This document shows positions 13,411 to 26,000 of a DNA stretch of 64,000 bases, one piece after another; within the stretch, counting starts at the first letter, position 1, and every line of letters begins with the position of its first letter. The DNA is taken from assembly GCA_028534125.1 (NCBI GenBank), contig CM052818.1, forward strand, positions 3,722,001-3,786,000. Reading direction: 5' to 3'. The notes under the pieces were generated by a model. That model was not told the DNA's origin and did not search any database. It worked only from the letters and a program-made list of their open reading frames with translations. The stretch is from Lama glama (Eukaryota). The position numbers and the translations under genes were made by a program.

Positions 13411-16400
13411 GGGGCATCTGAAACTGGGCCATACCGCAACACAAGACACCTTTTGTATTTAAAACCTTGATTTAAAATATCACCCCTCGAAGCCTTTTTT
13501 AGTAAATCCTTATTTATATGTCAGTTATAATTACTCCATTCAATTGTGATTTTTGTGAAATTACCTCATATTTTTCCAGTAATTTGTGGGGGAGTTTGAA
13601 TAATGGAATCTACATTGGTATCGGTATCAGAGATTTAGCTCTCATTTTCTCTAAAGGATGTGGAGTGTTGGATTTCTGGGCCCTCCACTTCAGTCTGAGA
13701 GGATTGTGTGCTTTTAAAATAATTGGCATATGTTTTAACGTACTTTTGTTCATTCAGGCCAATGAAAGAGTTAGTGCATTTAATTGGAATATTTAAAGCC
13801 AGCAGCAGTGTACTTGGACATTTAATTAAGATTTTGCTTATTTTTAAAGAGAAGATGCTGTGATTTATTTTGAGATTTGTTTGTATTTTCTTTTTAAGTC
13901 AAACTGTAAAACTCAAAACTGTAAACTTTTCTTGGTGGGATTTCTATCTAAGTTAATCTTAGTCTCTCAAACTTGTTGCCTGTAGGTCAAGGTATCTTAG
14001 GAAGCTAAATAGTATAGTAGTTCATTGGTTTTCTCCAGCCCTTAGCAGAAAATATTTGCACAATTTCATAGCACAAACCTTAAATTTGAGCTGCTTTAAA
14101 CAACTGACAATATGATTTTAAATCTGAAGATGGGACACATAACATGTCGGATCTCCTGCTCCGTGTTTTTTCATCTCCTGGAAGTGGTTTTAATTTCTTT
14201 GTATGTGTAGTTTTTTTTAAAAAATTACTGCTGAGTGACAGATTTTATCTTCTTCTTTGAAATCACCCCAGAGTTGCTATCAGCTGCCTCAAAATGTATC
14301 AGTAGTGATATACTGAGAATTCTCTCCAGCTCTGTCCCAGAGAAGAGTCCGTGCAGTTAGTTTTAACTTCCTTCACTGCCTGGTTGCGTCTAGTGCCTTC
14401 GTGCCAGTTTGGAGGCTCCTTGCAGTTGTTTGGAGCGTTTGCAGGTCTTCTGACGAATCATTTGACTCTAAATGTATGTGATGAGCTAAGATTAGAAAAA
14501 GCTATGTGCTTTTTTACACTGGTATTAGTGAAGGATTATATAAAATTTAGTATTACTTTCTACGTATTTTCTCTCTCTATATTCTGTGTTCTACCCCTGA
14601 AATATATTTAGGAATGAAAAAGATATAAATAAATTAGGTAATGTTGAGGTGCCTTCAGCTGGCTAGTGTCAGAAATGGAAACTTACAAATTAGATTGAAA
14701 TATTTAGAATAGAATATTAGTTTGACACCCAAAAAGTTGCAAATAATAATCTCTTCATGGAGCTTTTTGGGCCAGATCTTGGGGGTTATAGGACAGTATT
14801 TGTTTTGGTTAAGTCCTTCTCTTTCAAAAGTTTTCATTTATCAATTGTGATGGTAAGATGTTTAGTATAATTATTTAAGCAAGCTCAGTCTTTTCCATTT
14901 TCTGTGTTTGAACTTCCTGAGGAGGTTAAGATGTTCTGATAGCTGTTGTAAGAGAAGCATAGAATTCTTTCTGCCTGTGTGTTAGGGTCGGAGAAAAAAC
15001 TGGCATATCTTGAGGTAATTCAGAAGGACTCTCAGATGTAGACTAGAAACCTGTTTTTAAAAATGAAATACGATTACTCTTCTCATCACATATATGCTAC
15101 CACAGCTACGTTTATCTACTTCAATGGTTTCTAATAATATTTTGTGTAGGCCTGCTAGTTTTAGTATATGTAGTGTCATTCTTATGTTTGTTATATTAGC
15201 ATTTTATGCACGTGATTTGTATGGATTCGCAGCATTTCTGAAGTTTGAATTCGCTTTCTAAGTGATGTGAAATCAGTCATCAGTTTTCAGTCCCTGTTTT
15301 TTCTCTCCCTCTGTGTGCATATTTTTCTGTGCTTGTTTTTCTTGCTCTCAAACACATACATTTCCAGCTAGGATAAGTTCTGAACCACATCTCAAAAGCC
15401 AATAGTAGCAAAAAAGAAGTGATATTTTCCAAACAAACGTGGTTTCTCTTTCCTACTCCTCCTTCTTGCTCCCTACCCCCTTTAACGTAGTGATTTTTAG
15501 ATGCTTTTATGAATTATGCCCTCAAAACAGATACTGTACTGAGGCAAACTGCCAGTAAGTGTGGATGCCCAGTTAAAACCAATGTAAGACAAGAAAATGT
15601 GATTTCTCAAGAAAGATATTCTACAAAAGAGTCCTTTATATAAAGAATTCTTTCTTGTAGTACACTTAAATTTTAAATTCACTCCTGCATGACTAAGAGT
15701 TCCTTGCCCCAGGCTGTGAGCCCTTTTGAGGCCAGGGGTCATGTTAGCATCTAACACATGGCCCAGGAAATGATTGCTGCTTTGGCATCCGTCCGTCAGC
15801 TTTCCTCTCTTGTTAAATCACCTATGCTGTAGGAATAAATGGTAGGTGGAAAACCGATGTTAACTCTTTTTAGTTTGTTGTAAGTGTGTCAGCAACCTTT
15901 AAGGAAAAGTCGCTGTGCTAGGAACTGAAAAATACATCCTGTTTAAAGCAAGTCCACTTGTCCCCAGGTGGACTCACCTCTCATGGAGACCAGGGTCACT
16001 GGAAGACACCGGGTGAGAGGGTGGGAAATGGAGCTGAGCTGTTAAGTGCCGTGAATGGATTTGTTCGACTTAAGTGGTGGTCAGAGTTTTGGTACGAATC
16101 ACGTTCATAAGAGGCGAAATGCAGTTTGGAGAGTCCGCTGTAATCACAGGCTGTTCATCCACGTGCCTGGGGCTCTGGGGGAGCAGTGTGGAGGTGCAGG
16201 CGTGAGGACGGCCGCGCCAGCACTGAGAGGGAACTGACACAGGGCGCCGTGCAGATGTCGGTCAGAGAGCTAACAGAGATTTCTCTCCTAGGTTCTTAGA
16301 GAGTCGTTTCCGAGATGATGTTGTCTTATCCTTTTGAATACAGGTCGCTTGGTCTGAGTTAATGATAAGGATGGGAAGAAAGGAACCCTTCTTTCTAGCT

Positions 16401-19400
16401 CCTTGGTAATACTCCTTTGACACATTTCTATTAACTCTTTAAAGAAGGAAAACCAGCTGAAATATTTGCTTTAACAAACATTTTAAGAAGTCCTTTGGGG
16501 TCACTTTTCTCTCCTTTTTAAAAATTAAAATATATACTATATAGCAATAAAAGGGAAAGACTAATATTAACTATTTATTGAATGCTACAATTTAAGTGAT
16601 TTTTCTAAAAAGCACAATGTCATTGAAAATGTTTATTTAAAAAGAGTTCATAGCTCACATTAAATTTGTGAAGGCCAAAGAAATTGACAGGAACAGTAAA
16701 GGAAGATAAAGAAGACTTACATCCCATGTTTAGTAGATTTTGAATGCCAGGTAGTGTTTTACCCACAAAAACATATTTCAGATTACTTTCTTTGTTTGTA
16801 GTGTTAGAACCTCAAGCTCAGAAGTTTTAATAATTGAATCAGTTTCCCCCACAATATTTAAAGATAGTTAATATATCAGTATTTCCCTACTTTGATGAAT
16901 TTAACTATCCTCAGATCTGTGACATGAGAACCAATAGGACTGATAATATTAGCTTTGAACCAGTAGTATCCAGGGTTAAAATAAAAATCACAGTCAACTA
17001 GCAAGACTGTGAAGTGATGCCGTATTAACTTGTTGTAACAGTCTGTAATAGCTTGATATCAATGTTACGGAATACACCATAAATAATGGCTAATGAGAAC
17101 TTTTTTAGGAAATTCTCAAATTACCTTTCTTATACACTAGTTTTCAGAATGAATACAGAAATGATCCTGTTAGCTTTTTAAGACTGTTCTGTGGTTAGTT
17201 TTTTTTTTTTCTTAAGTATAACTTTTGGTATTTGTTTAAATTGTATTTCTTGTGAGCTGGAATTTTACAGTCGTCCTAGTTTTATTTCAGTGTTCTGTTC
17301 TTTACAATGAATGTTTAGTTTGCTGAGCCAGTTGGTCGTTTCTTCTTCATGTCTTCTAAGTCTGGTGACTCTAATTCTGAACTGTGAATAAGTGAGCAAA
17401 AACTTGCTGAGAATTGCATTTTGAAGCAATCTGCCAATATATTTGAAGTGTATTCATGTTTGTTGTTGTGTTAAAGATTGTATTGTACTAAGAATGTAGC
17501 CAATGTTTACTTTAGTTGTTAGTAAACATTTCTGATGCTAAAAGTTTATTCATTACTGTTGCTTTTAAAAATAAGAATATTGCATAAGTATAATCAAAAA
17601 CCATGTTTTCAATCCAACTTCCCAATTATTTTAAAAAGGATCATTAGGTAAAATCAAAGGCTCTACCTTTTCTGATGTCACACTCTGTAGATATACTTTC
17701 TTGAGTCTTTTAGAATTTCTTGTGACAATATGTGGTTTCTAGCAAATCTACAGGGTATCAGAGACCAGCAACTTTAAGTGAATTGATAGTTTCAAGGGAA
17801 GGCTATTTAAGATGGGTGCGTAGCAAGACAGCATATACTCCAGATCTAAAGTTTCTGTAGTATCTGGCAATCTGTTAATTATAGAACAAAGACTCCTTTT
17901 ACAGGATCCTTTTATAAACAGCAAGCTAAAATCTCTACCCCCCAGTGCTTACAGCACTTGCTGTGTTTTGCAGGAGAGAGACAGAGTTACGCCAGAGCGG
18001 TCTAAATGAATAGACGTGCTGTTTTGCCTATCCGTAGGACTGAGTCCAATCTCTCCTTTCTCACTTTCGCTCGGTGTTGCTCTGCAGCAAAGCTGGGGGC
18101 TGCCACACCAGCAGGGATCATTTTTTCCACAGGTCACAATTTTTACAAAAAAAATTCAGCCTTACTCCTAGTGAAAAGGTTTTTTAAAATTCTCTTTAGT
18201 TCACTATCAGTAAGCGTTTACTGAGTGCTTATTAAAGGCCAAGAAATAATTTCCCTAAAACTTGAGGCCACTTTTCATTGAAGTGAATTTAAGGAAAAAT
18301 AAATTCTTTAATTTTTTTTGGATGAAGGGAAGAAGTACTTATTACGTTTCTCTCATTAATCTGAAGGTAAATGGTTCTCCTTCATTTTAAAAAACGACGT
18401 AGAAATTTTATTAGTTTAACAAACATCCTGGAGATAAAAACTCATCTTGTAATAATATACAGAGAAGTAGCCAGGTTATAGGTCATTTAACCAGCTGACC
18501 CCTTCCCAGGAAGTTTATATATAACAAAGTAAATATTATTTTCTTTTTGGTTAGCATGTATACAAGAGATTATTTCCAAGGTTGAAAAGACGTATTTGGG
18601 AACTTCATATTAACATGATTCATTGTCTCCAACACCAGGGTTCACATATGTATTTTCTCATAGAGAATGCTGTTATGTATCTGCATTTCCCTTTTCATAT
18701 TGCAAGAAATTTTTGAATATGGAGTATAGATGTGTAGTTGAAAATATGAAATAAAAAATGGAGCTTGTACACAATTGGAGAAATGCTCTCTGGATAGAAT
18801 TACAGTTATTTCCTTTCCATTCTTTTATCATTCTGCCTCTCTGTATGTTTATATAAAGTTAAAAAGATTATATGCCTGTAAGGGTGAAGGCAGTTGGCAT
18901 GTTTACTTTTAATTTCTGCAGTATAGCATATGATTTAGAAGCATCCAGCAGTGCAGATAAGGTGCATCATGGAACTCAGAGCAGTTGCCCACCTGGAGGG
19001 TCATTAGGGATTAATTTTTGCCTCCATCAAGCTCAGCCTTTTATGTTTTGAAATGGAGATAAATATGGTGAGGTCTTAGAAGGAAAATGGCCAGAATAGC
19101 CAAAGCCTGTAAAATACAAGTAAATACTCACCAAGAATTCTAGATCCATTATACCCAAAAGGCAGATGACCACTTGGTTCTTAACTGACATATTCTTAAT
19201 TTGTGAGACCCAGAGGTTGATACCCATTAATTTTAGATTATTGTACAATATCCCGGCTGCAAAGGTCTAGATGTATCAGGATTGCTGCAGTTTGTTTCTG
19301 CCGACAGCCCCTTTCAGGTGACACTGTTGTCCTCATTAGGAAAAGCTAGTGTGGCACCAGGCAAAGATGTGTTGCTGTTGCAAGTTCAAGGTGAGACGGA

Positions 19401-19685
19401 CTCATTAGGAAGCTTTGTCTTCAGATAATGCCCCTAATTGGGATGGAAAATCATCTGAGACAGTGAAGACTTTCAGTTTCTAGGCAAGTGAAATTGCATT
19501 AAATTCAAGTTTCTTTAGACTTGAATGTATCTAGTCGGTGTGATTTATGGGGGCTTTTGTTTTTATTTTTTTCCTGTTTACTTTGTATGTAGACATGTTT
19601 TAAAACATTAAGTACATTCGCTTTGAATTGTTATCTCTTGCTTTTTTGTATTTGTCCTTTGAATAAAATGTAAACCCAAGATTGT
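13411..19685 (+). other. GFPT1: GFPT1 long 3' UTR (end approximate)
   Basis: AT-rich, no recognisable repeats, ends at a strong poly(A) context; length fits the known multi-kb mammalian GFPT1 3' UTR. Confidence 0.7.
19662..19667 (+). terminator. GFPT1: Probable distal polyadenylation signal AATAAA of GFPT1
   Basis: TGTA elements upstream (~19584, ~19647), U/GU-rich tract downstream (19681-19720); repeats resume at ~20000. Confidence 0.7.
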
Positions 19686-20002
19686 TTTTATTCTTAATTT
19701 ATTTTCCTGCTGCTGTGTAGAAGCCTAGGACCTCTGGGAGATCTTTGTAGAATTTCTCTCTTACGGTCTTGGTTATCAACTTGGACTCATGTGTTACTAA
19801 AGTTCAAAGCATTTCTTTGAAAGAAACAAATTAGTTTGAGATTTCTGCCATTAAATGATGTGAATTTGGGGCTTAAATCTGCACAACTCTAACTCCTGAA
19901 GGACCTGATTGGTATCCTGGTCATCATTGTTTTCTAGTACAGTTTTACAAAGAGAGACTATATGTCTCCCTTAGAGACATGTCTCCTTTTAGGCCTTGGG
20001 GA

Positions 20003-20170
20003 CGTAGCTCTCAAATTTTAACGTGCCTGAGAAGCCTATTAAACAGTGCAGATTCTCAGGTTGGCAGCAGAGACTACTATTCGGTGGGGAGTTGCAGCCC
20101 AGGAACCTGCATTTCTAACCATCCTCAAAGATGATCTGGATATAGGTGGCCGAGAAACATCACCTTTAGA
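20003..20170. mobile_element. MER5-type hAT DNA transposon remnant
   Basis: ctctcaaatttt...tgcagattct...gcccaggaacctgcatttctaac. Confidence 0.6.
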
Positions 20171-20279
20171 TCTCATAGCTTCATTATGTCCATTGTACAA
20201 ACTTGAGCAAGAGTGTGTGACTGTGGTTCTCTGTCTCCCTGGAGGGAAATATTCCTTGCAATGTTCAGTAACCATCTTT

Positions 20280-20803
20280 TTATTTATTAAAAATTTTTTT
20301 TTTCAATTGAAGTACAGTCAGCTACAATGTGTCAATTTCTGGTGTGCAGCACAATGTCCCAGTCATGCATATGCATACATATATTTGTTTTCATATTCTT
20401 TTCCATTAAAGGTTATCACAAGATACTGAATATAGTTACCTGTGCTGTATAGAAGAAACTTTTAAAAAAAATCTACTTTTATAAATAGTGGCTAATGTTT
20501 GCAAATCTCAAACTCCCAAATTTATCCCTTCCCACTCCCTTTCCCCCAGTAATCATAAGATTATTTACTATGTCTGCGAGTCTGTTTCTGTTTTGTAGAT
20601 GAGTTAATAGTGTCCTTTTTTCCCTTTTTTTTAGATTCCACTTATGAATGATACCATATGGTATTTTTCTATTTTTGACTTACTTCGCTTAGAATGACGA
20701 TCTCTGGTTCCATCCGTGTTGCTGCAAATGGTGTGATTTTATTCTTTTTTATGACTGAGTAGTATTCCACTGTATAAATATACCACAATTTCTTTATCCA
20801 GTC
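20280..20803 (-). mobile_element. Young lineage L1 3' end, 5'-truncated
   Basis: T-tail + caattgaagtacagtcagctacaatgtgtcaatttctgg...; very similar to the copy at 44023. Confidence 0.85.
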
Positions 20804-20933
20804 CATCTTCCTCTTTATATTCATGGGCTGACCTACTTAAGTGTGTCCTTTAGACTATGCTGTGGGAAGAAGCACTGTGTGCCCCTGCAGCTCTGAATGT
20901 GAGTGAAATAATGAGAAAAAGTATCTTGCATAT

Positions 20934-21700
20934 TGTGGTATTGTGATTTATAATAAGAAACCTATATCTGGTCTTTGTCCAGTTTCTGGCACAGAGTTCC
21001 TAAAACCCTTGGAATTTCCTGAGTAAATGAGCATCATAAAGGTGTTTTTATGTTAATAAGGTGATTTTTGGAAAGCTCCTAGGTCACCTAAGGATGGGGG
21101 CTGGTTGCCGGGGGAACCAACCCAAGTGATTAAAGAGTTGGAACTTTCAGTCCCACCTCCGATTCCCAGGGAGAGGAGAGGGGCTGGAGGTTGAATCAGT
21201 CAACAACGACCAATGATTTAATCAACCTTGGCTACGTGACAAGGCCTCCAGAAAAACACCGAAGGATAGGGTTTGGAGAGCTTCCGGGTTGGTGAACACA
21301 CAGAACTGCTGGGAGACCACGGAAACTTTGTACCCCTTCCCCATACTTGCCCTGTGCGTGTCGTCTGTCTGGCTGCTGATTCATATCCTTTAACATCCTT
21401 TGTAATAAACCAGTAATCTAGTGAGTACACAGGTTTCCTGAGTTCTGTAAGCCGCTCTAGCAAATTAATGGAACCCTAGGAGGAGGTCATGGGAACCTCT
21501 GATTCACAGCCCGCCAGAAGCACAGGGAAGAGCCTGGGTTTGGGATTGGCATCTAAAGTGGAGGGCAGTCTTATGGGAATGAGCCCTCACCCTGTGGACT
21601 GCGATGCTCTCTCCATGTAGATGTTGTCAGGATTGAGTTCGTTGCTTGGTGGTGTGGGGAAACCCCTCCCCACCTGTAGCAATAGCAACTGGTATCAGAT
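20934..21700 (+). mobile_element. MER21-type solo LTR
   Basis: Starts tgtggtattgtgatttataataagaaa...ctggcacagagttcctaaaacccttggaatttcctgag; internal AATAAA at 21404; 3' end approximate. Confidence 0.75.
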
Positions 21701-22429
21701 CATTAATATGGTGGTTCAGATATTTACAACACTCTGAAGAAAGTAATGATGTAGAAGTCCTGATTTATGCAAAAAGTTATTCAGCTCCTTCCCTTCTTGC
21801 TCCCCAGTTGGTGCAGAGCTAAGCAGAGGCTTCATTTTCTTGGCGTGATTCTTGAATTGAAACACACTAGGATAAGCCAATTTGCCCTTCTCCAAAAGTC
21901 ATTTTTGACTCCCATATACCCTGAAAATGTGTGAATTGAAAGCTGAATTGAGACTGAAAAATGATAGTGAACTGGGGCCTTGCAGCTCTTAAACACTTAT
22001 TACCTGAGAAAATACCTATAAAAGGACTTTTAATCCTGTAATAGATGTAACATATGTAATAGATGTAACATATGGAAGGTGAAACTTAGCAGAAATATGA
22101 ATGGGAAGGAGGCAATAGAGAGAGAAGGTATTACTTATTTTCTATTAAATTAAGAACTCTAAAAAGTGAGCCAGGTTTAAAAGAAGAGAGAGAAATCCAA
22201 AATTGGACCCACATTCATAAATAACTTTAACTCTGTGTGTTGCAACCTCGCTGTATCTCTGCGGATCTGATTTCCTGGCCTCTCAGGGAGAACATTTCAG
22301 GTAAAAGCTGTACTTGATGCTCAGCCATCAGTTGCTTTGTACACTTGAAAATAATGAAGTTCTTGGTTCCAGTTCGTTTCGCTTTTCTTTTATGTTATTA
22401 ATGCCCGTGTCTTTGAAAACTAGAATGTG

Positions 22430-23060
22430 GAATGCTACGTGGCAAATGTTAAATAGTGGGAAAAGCTGTCGGAAAATAATCTGATGTCAATTTTCTTCCC
22501 TCCTGGAGGAGAGCAATCCTTTCCCCCAGTGCTTGGGCCCAGACCCACTGGCCGCAGGCGGGCAGATGGAGGGTGGCTGTCACTGCTGGGTCCTCTGAAG
22601 GCCACTCTCCTGGAGGAATCGGGGATTCCCCTGGGTGTAAGTGGGTCAGACATGCTTGGACGTGTCTGAACCGGTGGGCGGGGCCCTCCAGACGCCTATT
22701 TGGGGGAGGACCTGAGCAGCTCCCTGCGGGTTAGGCTGGGTGCCTTTGACCTCCGCCACTGGAGGGGAGGATATCCTGAGACGAGCCAGGTGCCACCACG
22801 TGGACTGGTCCTTGGACACGTGGCTGGATTCTGCGGCAGGCAGGAGCATCTGCTGCTAGAAATGTCAATAAGACAATTAGAAGGTGGGCGCAGCAACCTG
22901 GGTTGGTGCCTGTTAATTGAGCAGAGCACGAGGAGAAGGGAGGGTTTCTCCGCAGCCTCAGCGCACACCACTGAGTGCCCTGACTTCCGGGGAGCGCCCA
23001 GAAGGGACGGGACCCTGCGGACACTCCCGCGGGGTAGGCGCGTTGCGTTTCAGGGGCGCA
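22430..23060. promoter_or_regulatory. CpG-enriched candidate enhancer/promoter with kB, p53, GC-box, E-box and ETS motifs
   Basis: GGGGATTCCCC 22621; AGACATGCTTGGACGTGTCT 22648; GGGCGGGG 22676; CACGTG 22797 and 22817; ACTTCCGG 22983. Confidence 0.5.
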
Positions 23061-26000
23061 TCTAAGAGCATCCCCTAAGATGCTCTGCGAGCAGGTGGGA
23101 GAAAAACCCAGAGTGAGGACGGGTTACAGCTGCCCATATGTTAATGTCATTTCACTGGCCCTGCCGGCCTGTGGGGCCCAAGGAAACTTGGGTTACATAA
23201 AAAAGGAAAAGCATACTGTAGTTGGCAAACAAAATGATGCATCTTTGTGTGTGCGTGTGTGTGAGAAATGAGCTTTCATTTAGGAGCTTTGGCTGTGATT
23301 TCAACCGGTTCCCCACCACTTTTTAAATGATATTTTCTGAGCCTGGAAACTAAGCAGGCAGATCATGGAATTTTGGCTGGAGATGTTTTTTAAAAAATGT
23401 AGGCTAGCAGTGAAAAAGGAGGCGGGAATTTGGCTGGGAGGCCTTTATGGGCTGCAAACCCAGCAGGGTTACCATGGTGGTGCTTCTACTGTTTATATAA
23501 ACAAAGGTTTTTCCTGACAAACATACTTCATATTTAATAATCCTCAATTCACAGGGGCCTCTTCTCTTTGCATGAAGCTGGTTCAAGCCATTTGGACTTG
23601 AGTAGAATTGTATTATTTTCTGAGGCTGTTTTCAGGCACACAGTACACTTCAAAATCAAGTGTAAATTACTGATATCTTGAAGTGCAAGCAAGAGTGAAG
23701 GGTATCCAGTGATGGGAAGAGAGATTAACCCGCAGTTGGAAAATATAAGATAGGCTTGTCAGCGATCTGAAGTCTATGGACCCGCCCACCCGGAGCATTC
23801 AGAGTAGAGGCTGCCATTTTAATTCAGTTCACATGCCGGGCAAGACTCGTGCTCCATCCACCTCCCTAACTTCCCCGTCTCTCTGAAGAGCGCTGTGCCC
23901 TTCCCAGTCAACCACGTCTGAGATTCCCCTTGCCCGAGATTTTAGCTCACATCCAATCATTTGTGAAATCTTAACAAGCACCTGTATTGCAAGTGGACCC
24001 ATTGGGTTATTAGGAATGAAAAATGCTACTCTCTTGAACTAAAGCACAAAAGGGGATTTAGTGGATCATGTAACTGGAAAGACAGGGGTAGATCTGGCCT
24101 CAGGAATCACTGGATCCAGCTTACATGCCCAGATCTCCAGAGGGTGCCAGATTCTGGCACCTCTGACTTCAGTTGCTCTCTGGAGTCTCTAGGTGGACTC
24201 AGTCCTTCTAGAAACTTAAGGAATGAATAACGAACTTAAAGAGTGCTTTCAGGCATCCTTTTCCCCAGAACATGAAGTGATAAGGAACCTCCAAAAGCTC
24301 GGGTAAAACTGCAGTTTTCTCCCTCCTGAACATCTGGACACATCTGTAGACCTTATCTAGAGGCTCAGAGTAGCTTATGGGGGCCTCTTCAGTGTTGCCT
24401 CATCACGGCTCCCCAGAGGCTCCGAAGCCAGCAGGGAGCACCGAGGGTCTGTCTCCTCCTGTGAGCACCAGACTTCTCCACGGACGTCCCTTCCAGCATT
24501 CCTCTAATGAATAAGCTGGTTCTATTCCAAGGGTACCAAAGTGCGTGATGCATGGCGCCAGGCCTCCAGGGATCCAGGCGGACCCTGATGATGTCCCGTG
24601 GGTATCCAGCTTCGAAGCCCCTCACAACCACAGGACCTCAGTGTCCCCCGCCTCTCCCAATGACACACGCATTTCTGCAAGTCCTCAGGAGTTTTGCTCA
24701 GGTGTTGGGGAGCAAACCCACTCCTAGGGGCTCCTGCCAGGTCTCCTTTGGTTGTCTGCCATGCCTGTCGTGCCCTCTCTCGGGCCACGTCTGGCTCCAC
24801 AGGCTCCTCGCTGGTTACCCCAAAGCTGCAGACCCTTGAGGTACCACAGGGCTCAGTTCCTGGGGCAGGTGGGGCTGGGACAACACACCATGACATCCAC
24901 TCTCTCACCCTTTGCTCTGCTGTCTCCTTTTCAAGTTTCTTCTCCTCCAGGTGCCCTGTTCCCCTCCCCTTCATGAACACCGCGGGTCTTCCAGGCTTCG
25001 GCGCTAACTACGTGCTATTTTAACGGGTGACCAAGGAAGGACACACAGAGTTGGTTGCAGACCCCCAGGGCTGGGATCCAGATGTGCTCAGTTCTCTGCT
25101 TTTTTCTTTCATAACCAATGAACACTTTCTCTGTCAAAAATGGTATCTGAGGGGACTGTTGGTTAAAAAGGTTAAAAAAAAAAAAGGCACCTTGCAAATA
25201 CAGCAGGGGTTTTAGTCTTGAGAATTTGAGAAACTTGGGGGAGGGCAGTGGAATAATACTGACCGGGCTGTTTGCATGAGGGTCCCCGGAAAGAGAGGGG
25301 CTGAAGACAGCACCAACCTGGTCTAAAGACAGTGGCTGACCGTCAGGGGAAAGGACAACGTTGAGTTAAGGTGGCCTTGGCCAGGGCCCCTATTGGTGCT
25401 GAGACCTGAGAGTATTGGGAAGAGAGGGAGACCAATGGGCGGAGAAGGTGTCACTTTTACAAGAGAAGACAGTGACTGTCACAGAGTGGCCCAGGATCCC
25501 AGGGATTTGTTCAACTAATTGGTTGAAACGTACTTGTGGGGGGTCCACAGTACCCACAATTCCGCAGGTGGGGCTGAACCAGAAAAATGCCATTTTGTGC
25601 TGTTACTGTGACCTTCTTGTACCCATCCCCAGGTGGGTGGGACCGGGAGGAAGCAGAGTGTGACTCGAATGGACAGAGCAGAGAAATTGCTGCAGAATCA
25701 AAACCTTGGACGGAAGACAGACTGGTGCTCAGGATTAAAACAGTTGCGGCGACGGGCAGAGGCCACAAGGGGGCAGTGTCTCCCCACCCTGTCTTGGTCC
25801 AAATGGGTAAAATCCCGCGGGAGTCGGAGGAAGAAAGGAAATGTAGCCGCGCCGAGAGGCCCTTTATCTCTCTGTATTTTTATTCGTTTCTCGGCCGGGT
25901 GCGCTGCGCCTGCCATAGCGGGGCGTGAATGGCCCTGGATGCTGCTGGGGGTGGATGTTGTGCCCAGAGCCCGTCTAGAGCCGACCCGAATAGCCATCCC

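Noticed and set aside
19974..19985. Palindrome GAGACATGTCTC as a p53 site
   Set aside because: Only one good half-site
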